Part shown: positions 23,185 through 34,831 of the stretch, piece after piece
How positions within the stretch are numbered: position 1 is the first letter of the stretch
How the letters are laid out: every line of letters starts with the position of its first letter
Source of the DNA: a virus
Lineage: Duplodnaviria; Caudoviricetes
DNA length: 64,000 nt
Reading direction: 5' to 3' (one strand)
IMG/VR virus record: IMGVR_UViG_3300020046_004224
Translations under genes and position numbers: made by a program
The notes under the pieces: model-generated
Told to the model about the DNA's origin: nothing
The model's input: only the letters and a program-made list of their open reading frames with translations
Database searches by the model: none

Positions 23185-24048
23185 ATGGCAAACATAATTT
23201 CAAAGGATAAAAAAGAATTAATAATAGCATCATTCAAAGAGGGTGTTTTAATAAAGGATATTGCTAAACTCTTCGGCACACATCCTACTACAGTCTCCAA
23301 AGTTATAAAAAGTGTAGGATTAATTCCGAGGCGTAGAAAATATCATTTAAATGAAGCATACTTCCAAAAAATTGATAATTGTGAAAAGGCTTATTGGCTG
23401 GGTTTTATATATGCAGATGGCTCTGTGGCGGGTAAAACAGGTCTTCGAATAGATTTACAGGCTAGGGATAAGACACATCTTTTAAAATTGGTAAAAGCTC
23501 TAAACGTGTCTTCAAATTATAATTTGAAGACACGTTTGATAAAAAATAAAGAATATTCACAGTTTAATATTTGTAGTACTCAGATCAAAAATGATTTAAT
23601 TTCTTATGGTATAACTGAAGACAAAACTGTGTACCCAATCGTCCCAAAGATTTCAGACGAATTTATTATCCCATTTCTACGCGGATACTTCGATGGAGAT
23701 GGCTGTTTGTCTTATAGCGAACATAAAACTAAAAATAGAATTCGTTTGGTAACTTGTTACTTTCTAGTTCATGTTAATATAAAAGATTGGTTATATACTA
23801 AATTAAAACTCATATGTCCTAATATCGAATTTAGCTGTCAGGATCATCCTCGTACTCCATTTTTAAAAAAATTATGTATATCAGGGTATACAACCACAAT
23901 CAAAGTATTAGATACAATCTACAAAGATTATGATGTTTCACTTGATAGAAAATATCAAAAATATTTATATATAAAGGAACGAATCATGATGGACTCTCCA
24001 CATTATCTTCGGCACTTTCCTGTTGTTGCGCCTCCTCAAGATCAATAA
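23185..24048 (+). CDS. LAGLIDADG homing endonuclease with an N-terminal HTH
   Basis: Two motifs, YWLGFIYADGS and FLRGYFDGDGC. Antisense to its neighbours and overlaps the 3' end of the ligase gene. Confidence 0.85.
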   Translation: MANIISKDKKELIIASFKEGVLIKDIAKLFGTHPTTVSKVIKSVGLIPRRRKYHLNEAYFQKIDNCEKAYWLGFIYADGSVAGKTGLRIDLQARDKTHLLKLVKALNVSSNYNLKTRLIKNKEYSQFNICSTQIKNDLISYGITEDKTVYPIVPKISDEFIIPFLRGYFDGDGCLSYSEHKTKNRIRLVTCYFLVHVNIKDWLYTKLKLICPNIEFSCQDHPRTPFLKKLCISGYTTTIKVLDTIYKDYDVSLDRKYQKYLYIKERIMMDSPHYLRHFPVVAPPQDQ

Positions 24049-25357
24049 CACCCTGATCTAAAAACTTGCTCTCTTTTTCCAAAAACCGAAAACTCTTCAA
24101 TTTATAAACTTCCCACGCATTTGGTTTATCAACTCTCATAATAACACCTTCTGCTGGCGTATTCGGAACAGTATTACAAAAGATACAATCTTTTTCAAGA
24201 TAATCATTGATAAGATGTGCCAATACATTTTCATGCCAGTGCTCATTTACCGAAACTTGGGGATATAAATCTTTGATCTTTCCATAGAAATGAACCAAGG
24301 GCGTTTTGATACCGAATTTATCACAGTAATCAATCATTTGATGATGCGATAGTTCATGCACGTCCCCGATGACATTGGTATAGGTCATTCTATACACGAT
24401 ATAATCCAGAGAGCCAACAGGGCATCCGTAATCATAATCAGATTGGATCATTTTACCAGTGGGAGTATATCCTACGATTTCGCCATAAAAGCTATATCCA
24501 TGTTTCAATGACGGATAAAGTTTATCTGCAACAATTTTCCAGACATCTGAATCATAGAAATGATTATTTTCTTTATCATTGTCCAGCGACACGTTCTTTA
24601 TAACACTCCGCGATGAATACAACATGCCATATTCAGTATCAACCACATTAACTTTGAAGAACTTGGCAATTCGATCTTTCCAAGTCAAATTTTTCTTAAT
24701 AATTACATTAGAAACAACAAAACTTGTTCCGTGATACTTTTCAGTAATAGCTACATAATCATCTGGTTGCACTTTATGCATATTCCGCTTCAACTGCTCT
24801 GTTGATGGATGAAAGGCGAATTGTTTCTCTACAAGTTTAGATGCATAGCGTTTCACATTTCCACGGGTTTTCTTACCAGCGGCATCACCCTGATAAGTGC
24901 CTTTAGGAATGTACTTCTTACAAAAAACATGATCAAAAAGTAGATCAAAATCCGAACCAACATGTTTATCAGTAATGACTAAATCTTTCCCCAAGATTTC
25001 TTTTGCAAATCTTTCCAATTCAGAAACAGGCACGATATATCCCTCAGACCGCTCTCCACGCAGTTTTACAGCACGAACCCTGCCGTGATACTCAAAGAAC
25101 CCTGCGACATTCGTATCGGTGTTTGAGGTCTTTTCACGGAAAGAGTTGGTGAACTTCAAGAAATCCACAGAGATAGCACACTCAAGAGGGAAATAACAAT
25201 ACAGATCATCGTCTTTTGCAGTCAAACCAGTGATGACATTATTTCCAAATAGAGATACACATTGTAGGCGATCTGCTCCATTATGACGACGAACATTCGT
25301 CAATTTAACAATTGACGCCAAATAATTAATTTTATGATCGGATGATTTTGTGAACAT
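23984..25357 (-). CDS. ATP-dependent RNA ligase (Rnl2/DRB0094-like)
   Basis: N-terminal H.GADRL...VRAVKLRGERSEG domain; motif I TEKYHGTS; YGEIVG; EGVIMR; YKLKS. Confidence 0.85.
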   Translation of the reverse strand: MFTKSSDHKINYLASIVKLTNVRRHNGADRLQCVSLFGNNVITGLTAKDDDLYCYFPLECAISVDFLKFTNSFREKTSNTDTNVAGFFEYHGRVRAVKLRGERSEGYIVPVSELERFAKEILGKDLVITDKHVGSDFDLLFDHVFCKKYIPKGTYQGDAAGKKTRGNVKRYASKLVEKQFAFHPSTEQLKRNMHKVQPDDYVAITEKYHGTSFVVSNVIIKKNLTWKDRIAKFFKVNVVDTEYGMLYSSRSVIKNVSLDNDKENNHFYDSDVWKIVADKLYPSLKHGYSFYGEIVGYTPTGKMIQSDYDYGCPVGSLDYIVYRMTYTNVIGDVHELSHHQMIDYCDKFGIKTPLVHFYGKIKDLYPQVSVNEHWHENVLAHLINDYLEKDCIFCNTVPNTPAEGVIMRVDKPNAWEVYKLKSFRFLEKESKFLDQGVIDLEEAQQQESAEDNVESPS

Positions 25358-25937
25358 GTCTAGTATATACTTTTTCGATTAAATTGAAGAATTCTTCCTG
25401 TGTTAGGTCTGATTTAGCATAGTTGCAATTCGCACAACATGCAACTACATTTTCAAGATTATATCCAAATTTAGGGTTTATTCTATCAATACCATTATAG
25501 ACAAAAACATCATCAGAATCTTTGCTATTAAAATATCTATTCGATGGAGGCATTCCACAATAAAAACAATCTTTATTAATTATTTCTCTAAATTGTTCTT
25601 CGGTTAATAAGAATTCGCGTTTCTTTTCAATAGCACGATGTTTATAATTATAAATTATATTATTGAAAGGGACTACTCCCTTCGGTTTCTTCGAAGCTAG
25701 TCCATTTCTTCTGGCCGCTTCACGCTGTAAACATCCACAACTATATGTTTTCTTAGGGCCAATTAAATTATCCTTTCTTATAGAAACTACGTTACCACAT
25801 TCACATTGACAGTCGCAATGCTCTTTATAAGTTATTTGCCCTTTTTTATTGGTATATTTTGATCTTGGATCATCGTTTTTACCAATAACTGTTAAACGTC
25901 CTATTACTAACCCCGAAATGTCTTTAGATTTACCCAT
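25332..25937 (-). CDS. HNH homing endonuclease
   Basis: DISG..IGRLTV, CQCECG, SCGC N-terminal domain; CFYCG...NGIDRI....GY...NVVACCANCN. Confidence 0.85.
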   Translation of the reverse strand: MGKSKDISGLVIGRLTVIGKNDDPRSKYTNKKGQITYKEHCDCQCECGNVVSIRKDNLIGPKKTYSCGCLQREAARRNGLASKKPKGVVPFNNIIYNYKHRAIEKKREFLLTEEQFREIINKDCFYCGMPPSNRYFNSKDSDDVFVYNGIDRINPKFGYNLENVVACCANCNYAKSDLTQEEFFNLIEKVYTRHVHKIIRS

Positions 25938-25989
25938 ACTAATACTTATAGTAAAAGCATGAAAACTATATAGTTAGTTCTTGGAAATT

Positions 25990-26037
25990 TTAAATAAGAT
26001 GATAATTCGGATTATGTTTATCAGATTTCGTGAACAT
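25990..26037 (-). repeat. Diverged duplicate of the RNA ligase 5' end (15-codon mini-ORF)
   Basis: MFTKSDKHNPNYHLI* compared with the ligase start MFTKSSDHKINYL; the two copies flank the HNH gene. Confidence 0.7.
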
Positions 26038-26053
26038 ATTTTTATATTAAAAT

Positions 26054-26127
26054 TGGCAACGGTTACTGGATTCGAACCAATATCTTCGAGCATACACTCT
26101 TTGTTCTAGCCGTTAAACTAAACCGTT
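26054..26127 (-). tRNA. tRNA-like gene with a degenerate anticodon arm (isotype undetermined)
   Basis: AACGGTT/AACCGTT acceptor + G-CCA, D arm GTTT..GAAC, ATTGG-TTCGAAT-CCAGT. The anticodon arm is only GAG-TGTATG-CTC. Confidence 0.7.
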
Positions 26128-27335
26128 AATTTGTTAAAATTATCCCATGAAAGCGGTGATGAACCATTTTACGCCAAAGGCTATAGCCCATGCTACTTCG
26201 ACAGTATGTGCCCAAAATTCCATATATTATTTCTTTGTACCGCAAACAGTACATTTATGAGTTACGGATGCTTTGGTACCTCCGCCCATATTATGAAGGC
26301 GCATACCTTTCCCGTAGATTTTATCTTGGGATTCATGAGTGCAAGTGCAGGGACGTGTGGATGTTTTTGCCATAATATTTTATTTATTGGTGTTGTTGTT
26401 TTTGTTACTTACGAGGATTTAATCTATCACTTATCAGAAGCATTGTCAATCGTTTTCCGTGCTGTTTCGGCCTTTTCTTTTATATTCGGTCTTATCTTTT
26501 AGACGAAAACTAGGCGGGCAAATAGGTTTACGAATCTTTTTCTTTAATTCAGAATCGCGAATAGTGCCGACTTTATGTACTTTCTTTTTCATTTGCATCG
26601 AGTGCAAGGATATACCATTCAGGTTTAACATCAAATACTTTCCCCGATTTATCTAAATAGAACCCGATAATCTTTTCTCCTGTAAAAAGTACTAATACTT
26701 TCTTTGCAAGGAAAAGAAAAGTGAATTTACCTGAATTCACCATAGGAACAGTTGAACAATCTCTGCAATGATGTTCAGGACAAATGTAACCGGCATGAAG
26801 AGAAATGAGGGAATGAATGCAAGCCAATACGGACATTCAGAATTCTTCTCAGCCAAAACAAGAAACTGATTGATATTTGATTGCGTCCAAAGACTGATGA
26901 TTGATGCAAGGAACACCCAGAATCCGAAGATAAAGATGCAACCGATTGGTGATGTATTAGATGATTTATATCTCATATGTTTTATTTTTTAGTATTTGTT
27001 GATGATTTCTTTAGCTTGTTTGTAATTGTCCACCCCATGATCTAGGCATTGACGAATAACAGCATGACACTTCTTTTCGTCTCTGTCCGTTGCCGTAATC
27101 ATTCGATTATTTTTAAAAAAGAGGGTCGAATATCCGACATGTTGAATTTTCCTTTTATATTTCCTGCGGCCAAACTGAACAAGAATACATCCACATGAAA
27201 TATTTTGATCAGAAATGGAATCACCGCCTTGAAGCATATCAATTCTCCGCTCATCTCTTTGTGAGAGGACGAAAGATTTTAGATCATCGAATGTATAGGT
27301 GTCGGGCATGATTGATTATAGTCTAATTTCGGGAT

Positions 27336-27734
27336 TTAGCAAGTCCAAAGTACGTTTTTCCAGTTTAAAGGTGAAATAATTGTTCGTTCACAGTTGAAAC
27401 AAGGTGCGGCAATCATGGTTTCACCTTCTTTTCCGAGACGAACATTAAACAACGTCAATCCAGAATCATCACTCGTTCCAAATTTATTGATGAACAAACT
27501 AAGTGCATTTATTTCTGAGTGTCTTCCGCTGGTGTAATCTTTTGAATTAGCATTTCTCGTTGGTAGATATTTTCCGTATCTATGATATGGATGCAACCTT
27601 GTGTAATCATTTGTTGCATAACAAAGCAATTGATTATTTTTGAGAATAAAGGAGAAATGAAGATTCTTCCCTGTTCGCAAATTCTGCAAACTTCGGGCAA
27701 TTTCAATAAGACGTTCTCTTCGATATGTATTCAT
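27336..27734 (-). CDS. Zinc-dependent cytidine/dCMP-deaminase-fold protein
   Basis: HSE...APCFNC motif. Confidence 0.75.
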   Translation of the reverse strand: MNTYRRERLIEIARSLQNLRTGKNLHFSFILKNNQLLCYATNDYTRLHPYHRYGKYLPTRNANSKDYTSGRHSEINALSLFINKFGTSDDSGLTLFNVRLGKEGETMIAAPCFNCERTIISPLNWKNVLWTC

Positions 27735-28343
27735 TAATAGACACTACCAGTTAATGAATAAATGTCAAGCTAGTCTCTCCAAAAATACCAAAAACAAAAG
27801 GTGAATAAAATAACAATGACTGTAAGAATACCACCAAGGACAAAAAATCCAATTCCTGTATTTTTAAGAACGTATAGTGTTACTGCGGTTTTCATTGAAT
27901 TGAGTTATATCCCGACATGTAATGTGGGCAGATAGGAAACTCTGGAGAATCACCCTTCATCGCTGCCCACATGCCTTCTTCTTGCATCTTCTTAACATAA
28001 TCAGGTGATACCTCGAATGTGTGAACAGGCTCGTTATTTGATGTGTCTGGTGTATTGGTGTTTTGCATATATGTATTGATATTACAAATCCTTGAGTTGT
28101 TTTTCGTATTCTGTGTATTTTCTCATGGCACAACCATATAGAATGGCATTGATTTGTTTAATTTCGACCGAACTAAGTGATCGTACGACTCTTTCGACGT
28201 GCTCCAATTTTGCAGGATTATGAATCCCTGGAATGCCGTAGTTATACATAACGCCAACCGTGGTTGACCATGCATCCCGCTGTTGTTTCAATTCGTTTGC
28301 TTTATGTAATAGATTGTCGTCCATAATGGATGTTAATGTATAA

Positions 28344-28703
28344 TTATACTGCTGTCAACCTGCATTTTTGAAAAAATTCTGAACTTCCGTACACACCATA
28401 TCCATTACGGAAATTTACAGATGGGAAATTTTGATAGGTTGTTTGCATCAGTCTTTTTCCTAATCCTTGTTTACGGAATTCGGGTTTAATGAAGATGCCA
28501 CAATTCAGATAATAATCATGATTGAGTTTAATAAAACATCCAATTGGATTTTTGTCAATAGATACAACTCGAATAAATTGAATATCTTCTCTTTTCAACC
28601 AACTCTTGAAAGACCAACCAGGAACAAAAAGTTCTGCTTTCAGGCATAGCTGACGGGCAAATGCTACAGCTTTTGGTGAACTATATGTTGTTATATTTGT
28701 CAT
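28344..28703 (-). CDS. GNAT acetyltransferase
   Basis: FIKPEFRKQGLGKRLM acetyl-CoA motif A. Confidence 0.75.
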   Translation of the reverse strand: MTNITTYSSPKAVAFARQLCLKAELFVPGWSFKSWLKREDIQFIRVVSIDKNPIGCFIKLNHDYYLNCGIFIKPEFRKQGLGKRLMQTTYQNFPSVNFRNGYGVYGSSEFFQKCRLTAV

Positions 28704-29674
28704 TACAATACTTTATAATGGTTAATGACATTCAATTCATCAAGTTGTCTAATCATACTTGAACTGATATGTGCGAATGATGGATCAGTGAAGATGTTAA
28801 TTGCCAATGTCTTAGTATGTTCTTTGATAAGCTGTTGAAATTCAAGTTCTGCTGTCAAGTCTCCACCATTACGAATACCTCTCACAATCGTAAGATTAAT
28901 ATATGGTGAGATTTTCCGAATAAATGTGAAAATGTCTGTATCAAACCGAATCGTCTCATGATTCTTTAGATATACATTTTCGGTAATGTTATATTGAGGA
29001 ACGGGTTTCCGTCTATCATGCCCCTGTGCAACAATAACTTTATCAAATAGAGTCTCAGCCCGAGTTAGAACATCCGTGTGCCCGATATGAAAAGGATTAA
29101 ACGAACCTACGAGAAGTCCGATATTAGGTTTCCATCTATTCAGATGATTGATGATGACATCAATCTTGGCTGAATTTACGAGTGGATGTTTTTTATAATG
29201 TGTAAGAATTCTCTTTCGATTATAAACATATGTCTCAAAATCGATGTGCTGAAATTCGTAGAACAGTTTTTTCTCCATCGTTGCAATATCAACGGATTCC
29301 TTGATAAAATAGGCCAAATCCTGTTGATGGAGCCATACCATATCTAAATCATTCGGATCAAATGATTTTACATGATCCTTAGTGGACATGATCAAATATT
29401 TAATCCGATCAACGTTTTTTGGTGATGGGGCACATACATATGGCTTATCGATATGATCAACTAGAATTTTACATGCAGTTTCTTCATTAGTATGAACTGT
29501 TGGATCATAACCAGCATCGTGTAATGCTGCTGCAATCGCCGCCTCTAACGTGGGGCATGAAGAAAAATCAAATGATCGAATATGATCGCTGTTATGATAT
29601 AATCTTTTGTCATCGGGGTACCATCTCCATACACTTGAGGGAATGATTTCAGTAAACCTAGAGTAATCGGGCAT
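28703..29674 (-). CDS. HD-domain plus phosphopantetheine adenylyltransferase (CoaD-like) fusion
   Basis: YHNSDHI/ALHDAGY in the HD domain; GSFNPFHIGH, IVRGIRN..D...E, HISSSMIR in the CoaD domain. Confidence 0.8.
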   Translation of the reverse strand: MPDYSRFTEIIPSSVWRWYPDDKRLYHNSDHIRSFDFSSCPTLEAAIAAALHDAGYDPTVHTNEETACKILVDHIDKPYVCAPSPKNVDRIKYLIMSTKDHVKSFDPNDLDMVWLHQQDLAYFIKESVDIATMEKKLFYEFQHIDFETYVYNRKRILTHYKKHPLVNSAKIDVIINHLNRWKPNIGLLVGSFNPFHIGHTDVLTRAETLFDKVIVAQGHDRRKPVPQYNITENVYLKNHETIRFDTDIFTFIRKISPYINLTIVRGIRNGGDLTAELEFQQLIKEHTKTLAINIFTDPSFAHISSSMIRQLDELNVINHYKVL

Positions 29675-30110
29675 AATCGGTATAAATTGCTTTTCGGATT
29701 TTATCGGACTGTTCCATTAAATGAACTTCGTCCCGATTATTATCCACGATAAATGATACTTTGTCAAGGTATGTTTTCTCTGGTGTTTGAAATCCCAAAA
29801 CTTTGTAAATATTCTCTTCTGAAAGTCGTCTGAAATTTTGTAAACGAAAAATTCTATTATTTTCGTTTACTGTGACTGCAATAGTTGCATCGCACATTTC
29901 ATCAAAACCATACTCAAACAAAAGAGCAGATTCAATAATCGTATGTTGAAAAGTCTCAATTATTAACTTTGGTTCAATAAACGCTTCGATCTGTTTTTTC
30001 AATTCAGGATTGTCGAAATAATTAATTCTTAGAAAGTGTAGGTAATCCGATTCAGAACGCTTAAAGCCGAAAGATTTACAAATACGTTCAATATCAGTAC
30101 GATATTCAAA
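29658..30110 (-). pseudogene. Dephospho-CoA kinase (CoaE)-like C-terminal part lacking the P-loop
   Basis: IIESALLFEYGFDEMCD..IAV, RI.RL...R.LSEE, FIVDNN. No Walker A and no ATG start found, so the 5' boundary is approximate. Confidence 0.55.
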
Positions 30111-30474
30111 GCCTTTCAGGCATTTCAGACAATAAGAGTATTTCAAAATTTTTACTTTTACGAAGATTTTCGTATTTAGTAATATCTCGTTCTCTGGTTT
30201 CTTTAGTACTATACGGACTATCAGAATATTGAGCAACTTCTAGAATACGTTGATTATAATATTCGTGGTGATCTGTGACAAATTTTCTCCAAACTGTTTC
30301 AGCAGTGGATTTATCCATAATGTTAGCATGTTGAAAACCGCTAAACAAATCTCGCACCATAAAATAATCTATCCCATTCCGCGAAGACGAAGGAGTGAAA
30401 GTTGTTCTTTTAATAATATACATAATTATTCAAGTGTGATATTCATTTTTTGTTTTTGATCGTTTCGTTACGAC

Positions 30475-30541
30475 AGTATAAACAGTATTTTAGTCAGTTC
30501 AAGCGAAAAGTGATTGACAAATGATTTTAATTTCGTAGAAT
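30475..30541. promoter_or_regulatory. Divergent sigma70-like promoters at the strand switch
   Basis: Minus strand TTGAAC-16-TATACT (30502-30475); plus strand TTGACA-16-TAGAAT (30514-30541). Confidence 0.7.
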
Positions 30542-32297
30542 GGTGGTATCATGACAGAGGAATATTTATTATCTAAAGGATGGACCGTCGAGGAAACCAG
30601 TGCCCACAGGTCGGTTAAGCTCTATAAATGTCCATGGGAGAAAGGAAAGTATAATGAACATGAACTGAAATATGCATGTATTATGCAGGAACAGAAGGAG
30701 TATTTGACAGATTACGGTATATACCCGAAACGTATTCAATTGAATGAATTTGGATGGGGTTTGTGGCTCGTATTAAAAGATAGATCATGTGGACATTATT
30801 GTTCTTTTGTCGAAGATTCCGAAACTGCAAATACATGGGTAGTGCATACTAAGGAGAATCTGAGGAATGGTTATCTCACTCTTGACAATTTTACACGGTA
30901 TTCAAACAATCAAAATTTGGGCACTTCTTATGATACAGTTGTTGATAATATCCTAATTTGGAAAGATAGGTGGGATGAACGATCTTATTTTTCTATTCCA
31001 ACTTTTCCGAAATATATGGAAACAGTAATGGAATTGTTGAAAGATCAATATCCTCACGGTATCAACGAATATTGGGATGAATTGCCAAAAATTCCTTCTT
31101 TCGGATTGGATATTGATACTATCCCAGAAGATTTTAAGATTGTTGCTAAACACAAAATTGATGAATATCACCACAAAATAAAAGAGAGACAGACGTATGA
31201 AAATAACCGAAAGGTTGTAAACGGTCTTCTCGAAAAATATAAGAATGGTTCTTTTGATGTTGCAGAAGTCTGGAACTGGTACCGCACATCAGATTTCAAA
31301 GATCAATTCCAAGTCGAAACCTTGACATCATTATGGAAAAATTAGTTTATCGTAGAAGCGGCGGCGATGGTTACACATATTCTTTTGAAGACTGGATTCC
31401 TTTTGTATATGAATCTAAAGAAAAATTCATAGATGATATGTTTGAATATGCATATAAGATGTTGACCGTTTTTGTTGAAAATCCTGATGGATGGAAAAAT
31501 CTGAATGACTGGTTGAAACAGAATGTGTTTTTTAAGAATCAAGAATTTGAAATCCATGATTTTTGGTTTTATAATAAACCTACCCATGATAAGAAGGGAC
31601 GAAATATCGTGGATATAAAAATAGAAAATTACACATATAATGATCCAATGGTTTTAACCGTGGACGAATGGTTTGAAAGAGAGGAAGATCAAGTATTATG
31701 GAAAAATTAAAAAATAGTATCACATCATTTCACAATATCCGAAAAAAATATACTAATTTAGGTGCCACCAATCCTGAAATAAATTATATTTTTCGGCAAA
31801 GGATTAGACGGTTCCGCGAATCTGGTGATATTAATCTTCCACAGAATCAAATTGAGTGGAAATTATTTGGTACGGAAGGTTCGTTTTTAGCTGCACAGGA
31901 ATTATCATTAGGACTGTTGAATGTCATTATGATTATCTCAAAAATACAAAGATATGCTTCTGCCGCTGATCGTGATGTAGCTATGGTATATTTAGAAACC
32001 GAAGTTTTATGATACAGATATTAAATTGGAAGAAATATAAAGATACATATCCAAATTGGGCAGGTAACAAGGTCAATTGGTGTTCATATTGTAAAAAGGT
32101 AATTACCGATACTTGTAATTATGTGTCGTTGATCCCGCACAGCACTGAGGAAAGTGATATGTGTATGGATTGTGTAAAAGAACTTTGTGATAAACTTCAA
32201 CAATTTAACAAAAAAGCATTGACAATAGTTGAATAGAGTATAGAGTAAGACCAATTCCAAAACGGAAGATCAAACAAAACAAAAAAATATAAAAAAT

Positions 32298-32711
32298 ATG
32301 GCACGCCCAAAAAACCCAAATAACATCTACAACCTCACTTGCAAAGTAACGGGGTTGACACGCAAAACGAACCCTAATCAGTTCCGTGACCTTATGGCAC
32401 GCTACGGTTTGACTCAGGACGAGCTTATCGCCTCCTATGTGTCATCTGGTCCTGGTGGTGGTCGTCGTCAGATTGCCTCTGAGAATCTGACTCCTGAACA
32501 GGCGATTGAAAAATACGGCATTCATCCGAATGTTGCAACACGCCTAAAAGCTACCGTCAAACAGAAACCTGTTGATACGACTGCTGTTGTGATTGATGAA
32601 GTTGCTGCCGAACCTGTTGATACGACTGAACCAATTGTCGAATCCAATGGTACATCGTTTAGTGTCAGTATTCGGGCAGAAGATGAGAAAGAAGTTGCAG
32701 TAGAGGCTTAA
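32298..32711 (+). CDS. Hypothetical protein, possibly DNA-binding
   Basis: MARPK start, upstream TTGACA-16-TAGAGT promoter, downstream hairpin terminator at about 32739-32778. Confidence 0.55.
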   Translation: MARPKNPNNIYNLTCKVTGLTRKTNPNQFRDLMARYGLTQDELIASYVSSGPGGGRRQIASENLTPEQAIEKYGIHPNVATRLKATVKQKPVDTTAVVIDEVAAEPVDTTEPIVESNGTSFSVSIRAEDEKEVAVEA

Positions 32712-33581
32712 TGGCCTTATGATGTGTGGAGAGGAATGAAATGCGATTAGGGAACGAAAGGACTCTAATCGCATTTTGTTAAAATTTCTATAAATAATTT
32801 CAAATTATGAGAAAAGACGAAATCAAATCACAAATCGAAATCTTAGTAGAGGATGCCTCTTTAGATATTTCTACACGAAAACTTACGAAAGTCGTGAACC
32901 TTGCCGCAGAGTTGCTGGAGGATGTGGATATTACACTTGAAGAGATTGTGGAAGATTTCCAAAAAGTTGCTGGAGATGATGTAGATGATTGGAACGAATT
33001 CATCCAAGAAGTTTCGAATTTTGTCTATGAGACAATCGAAGAAGAACTTGACGATTCCGAATCGGAGACAGAAGATGAATGATACATATCGAGAAAGAAT
33101 GATTCCCCTATGGGAACAGTTGAAAAAGGGCATGACACACGCAGAGAGGCTATTTAACCATAGTCTTTTGAAGAACAATCGCATTGGTGATTACCTCATA
33201 AAGTCAACTCGTAAGCTGGACTGTATCAATGGGAATGGATACATAGATTATTCATTTAAACACGATGGCTGGATTAGCACAAGGAATCGGTCAAATGCAC
33301 AGTGGTTTACAAAAGATGAAGCTGTTGCAATTGCCAAAGATTGGAAACATTTTAAAATAGTAAAAAGATAAATTATGACAACAGAAGACTTAGTACCAAA
33401 CACTTACGAATTAGTTGGTGGACCTGAATGTGGAGCAAATTTTGAATTACCCTCAAACCATGAAGCGGATGTATTCACAGTCCCATACGAACGAATTATC
33501 AAGGGAATTGTTCATAAGTTTGGTGCAGTATATATGAAACGGACTGACGGTAAAGCACAATACAAAAATGGTTAATACTTT

Positions 33582-34274
33582 CTATAATAGTCCTATATCT
33601 TTTTTAATACTTTCTATAAAGAAAGATATATTGTCTATCAACACTTTATTTCCTTTTGATATGTTATCAAACGCCAACATAGGTTGCATATTTTTGTAAT
33701 AGAAACATATTCTTTGATGATCAGGAATGGTTAAATCGAAAAAAGAACAGGGTATTATATGATCTATGTGCCAATGATTGCCATAATTTTCCCACGTCAT
33801 AGTTGAATCAAACATCTTCTCTAAATATAGTTTGAATTCTTCGAAAGAAATACCTAATAAGCATTCTGTTTTTTGTGGTTTTACTTTACCTAAAGTTGCT
33901 AGGCGCAATCGAACTCTCAATGCACATGCTATCTTATTATGAGGCAGAGAATACCAATTATTTCTTTGTATACGCGCCTTTATTTTAGCATCCTCTCCGC
34001 GCCGTCTAATGTTATTCTTATCCAACATACTGATGCGCCACGCAATATCTTCTTCATATCTCTGTTTCCGGCATTTACGCATCCTTTCCTTCACCTCTGG
34101 TAATAAGTTTTTCATCTTCTCCTTTTCATGGTTCCTTAAATACCATTCATGCCTAACCTTTTTCTGACACATTCTACAATGACTATGATGACCATCTTTT
34201 GTTGCTTGACATTTGTTATATTCTGTGTATAGTTTGCTTTCTTGGCAATGACTACATATTTTAAAATCTTCCAT
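33582..34274 (-). CDS. HNH-like endonuclease with an N-terminal Zn finger
   Basis: KICSHCQ...CRMCQ; MTWENYG..WHIDHIIPCS...NMQPM...DNISKGNK; antisense insertion among plus-strand genes. Confidence 0.8.
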   Translation of the reverse strand: MEDFKICSHCQESKLYTEYNKCQATKDGHHSHCRMCQKKVRHEWYLRNHEKEKMKNLLPEVKERMRKCRKQRYEEDIAWRISMLDKNNIRRRGEDAKIKARIQRNNWYSLPHNKIACALRVRLRLATLGKVKPQKTECLLGISFEEFKLYLEKMFDSTMTWENYGNHWHIDHIIPCSFFDLTIPDHQRICFYYKNMQPMLAFDNISKGNKVLIDNISFFIESIKKDIGLL

Positions 34275-34831
34275 ATATTTATATTTATCTTTGTAGGTGA
34301 TATATCGAAGATTATTAAGTATGCAAAAAGTTTACAATTTCTAATGAAAGATTGATATGAATCCTCGTAATGCAGATTGGGCCGGAAAAATTCAAAAGCG
34401 ATTTCGTTGGTTGCGATTTCGTTTTGAATGGGGTCGTAGATGCTATAAAACAGATTGTTGTGGTGATACTCTCGAATCGTGGTGGGAATGGGAAAATATA
34501 TGAAAACGCTTGAAGATATTTTAACATTTATGCATAAACTTGGTGCATTTGAGAGAAGAAGTGCTAAGGTTAATCTCCTTGTAGGAAGAAAGAAGAAAGA
34601 TATGAAATTAGAATATCTACCAAAAACTTTAACCGACAAACAAGTAGATTCTATTTGTATGTCAATCCGTCACGACTTTGGTCTGGTTGTTTCTGATGAA
34701 TATGCCAGAGAGTGTGAAGGGATACATGGTTTTAGAGACTCTGGTATGACAGAAAAAGAACGCAACGATCTTCGTCATCAAGTACGTGAATTTTATCATG
34801 CAATTTATAAAGAATTTTACTACATCGAATC

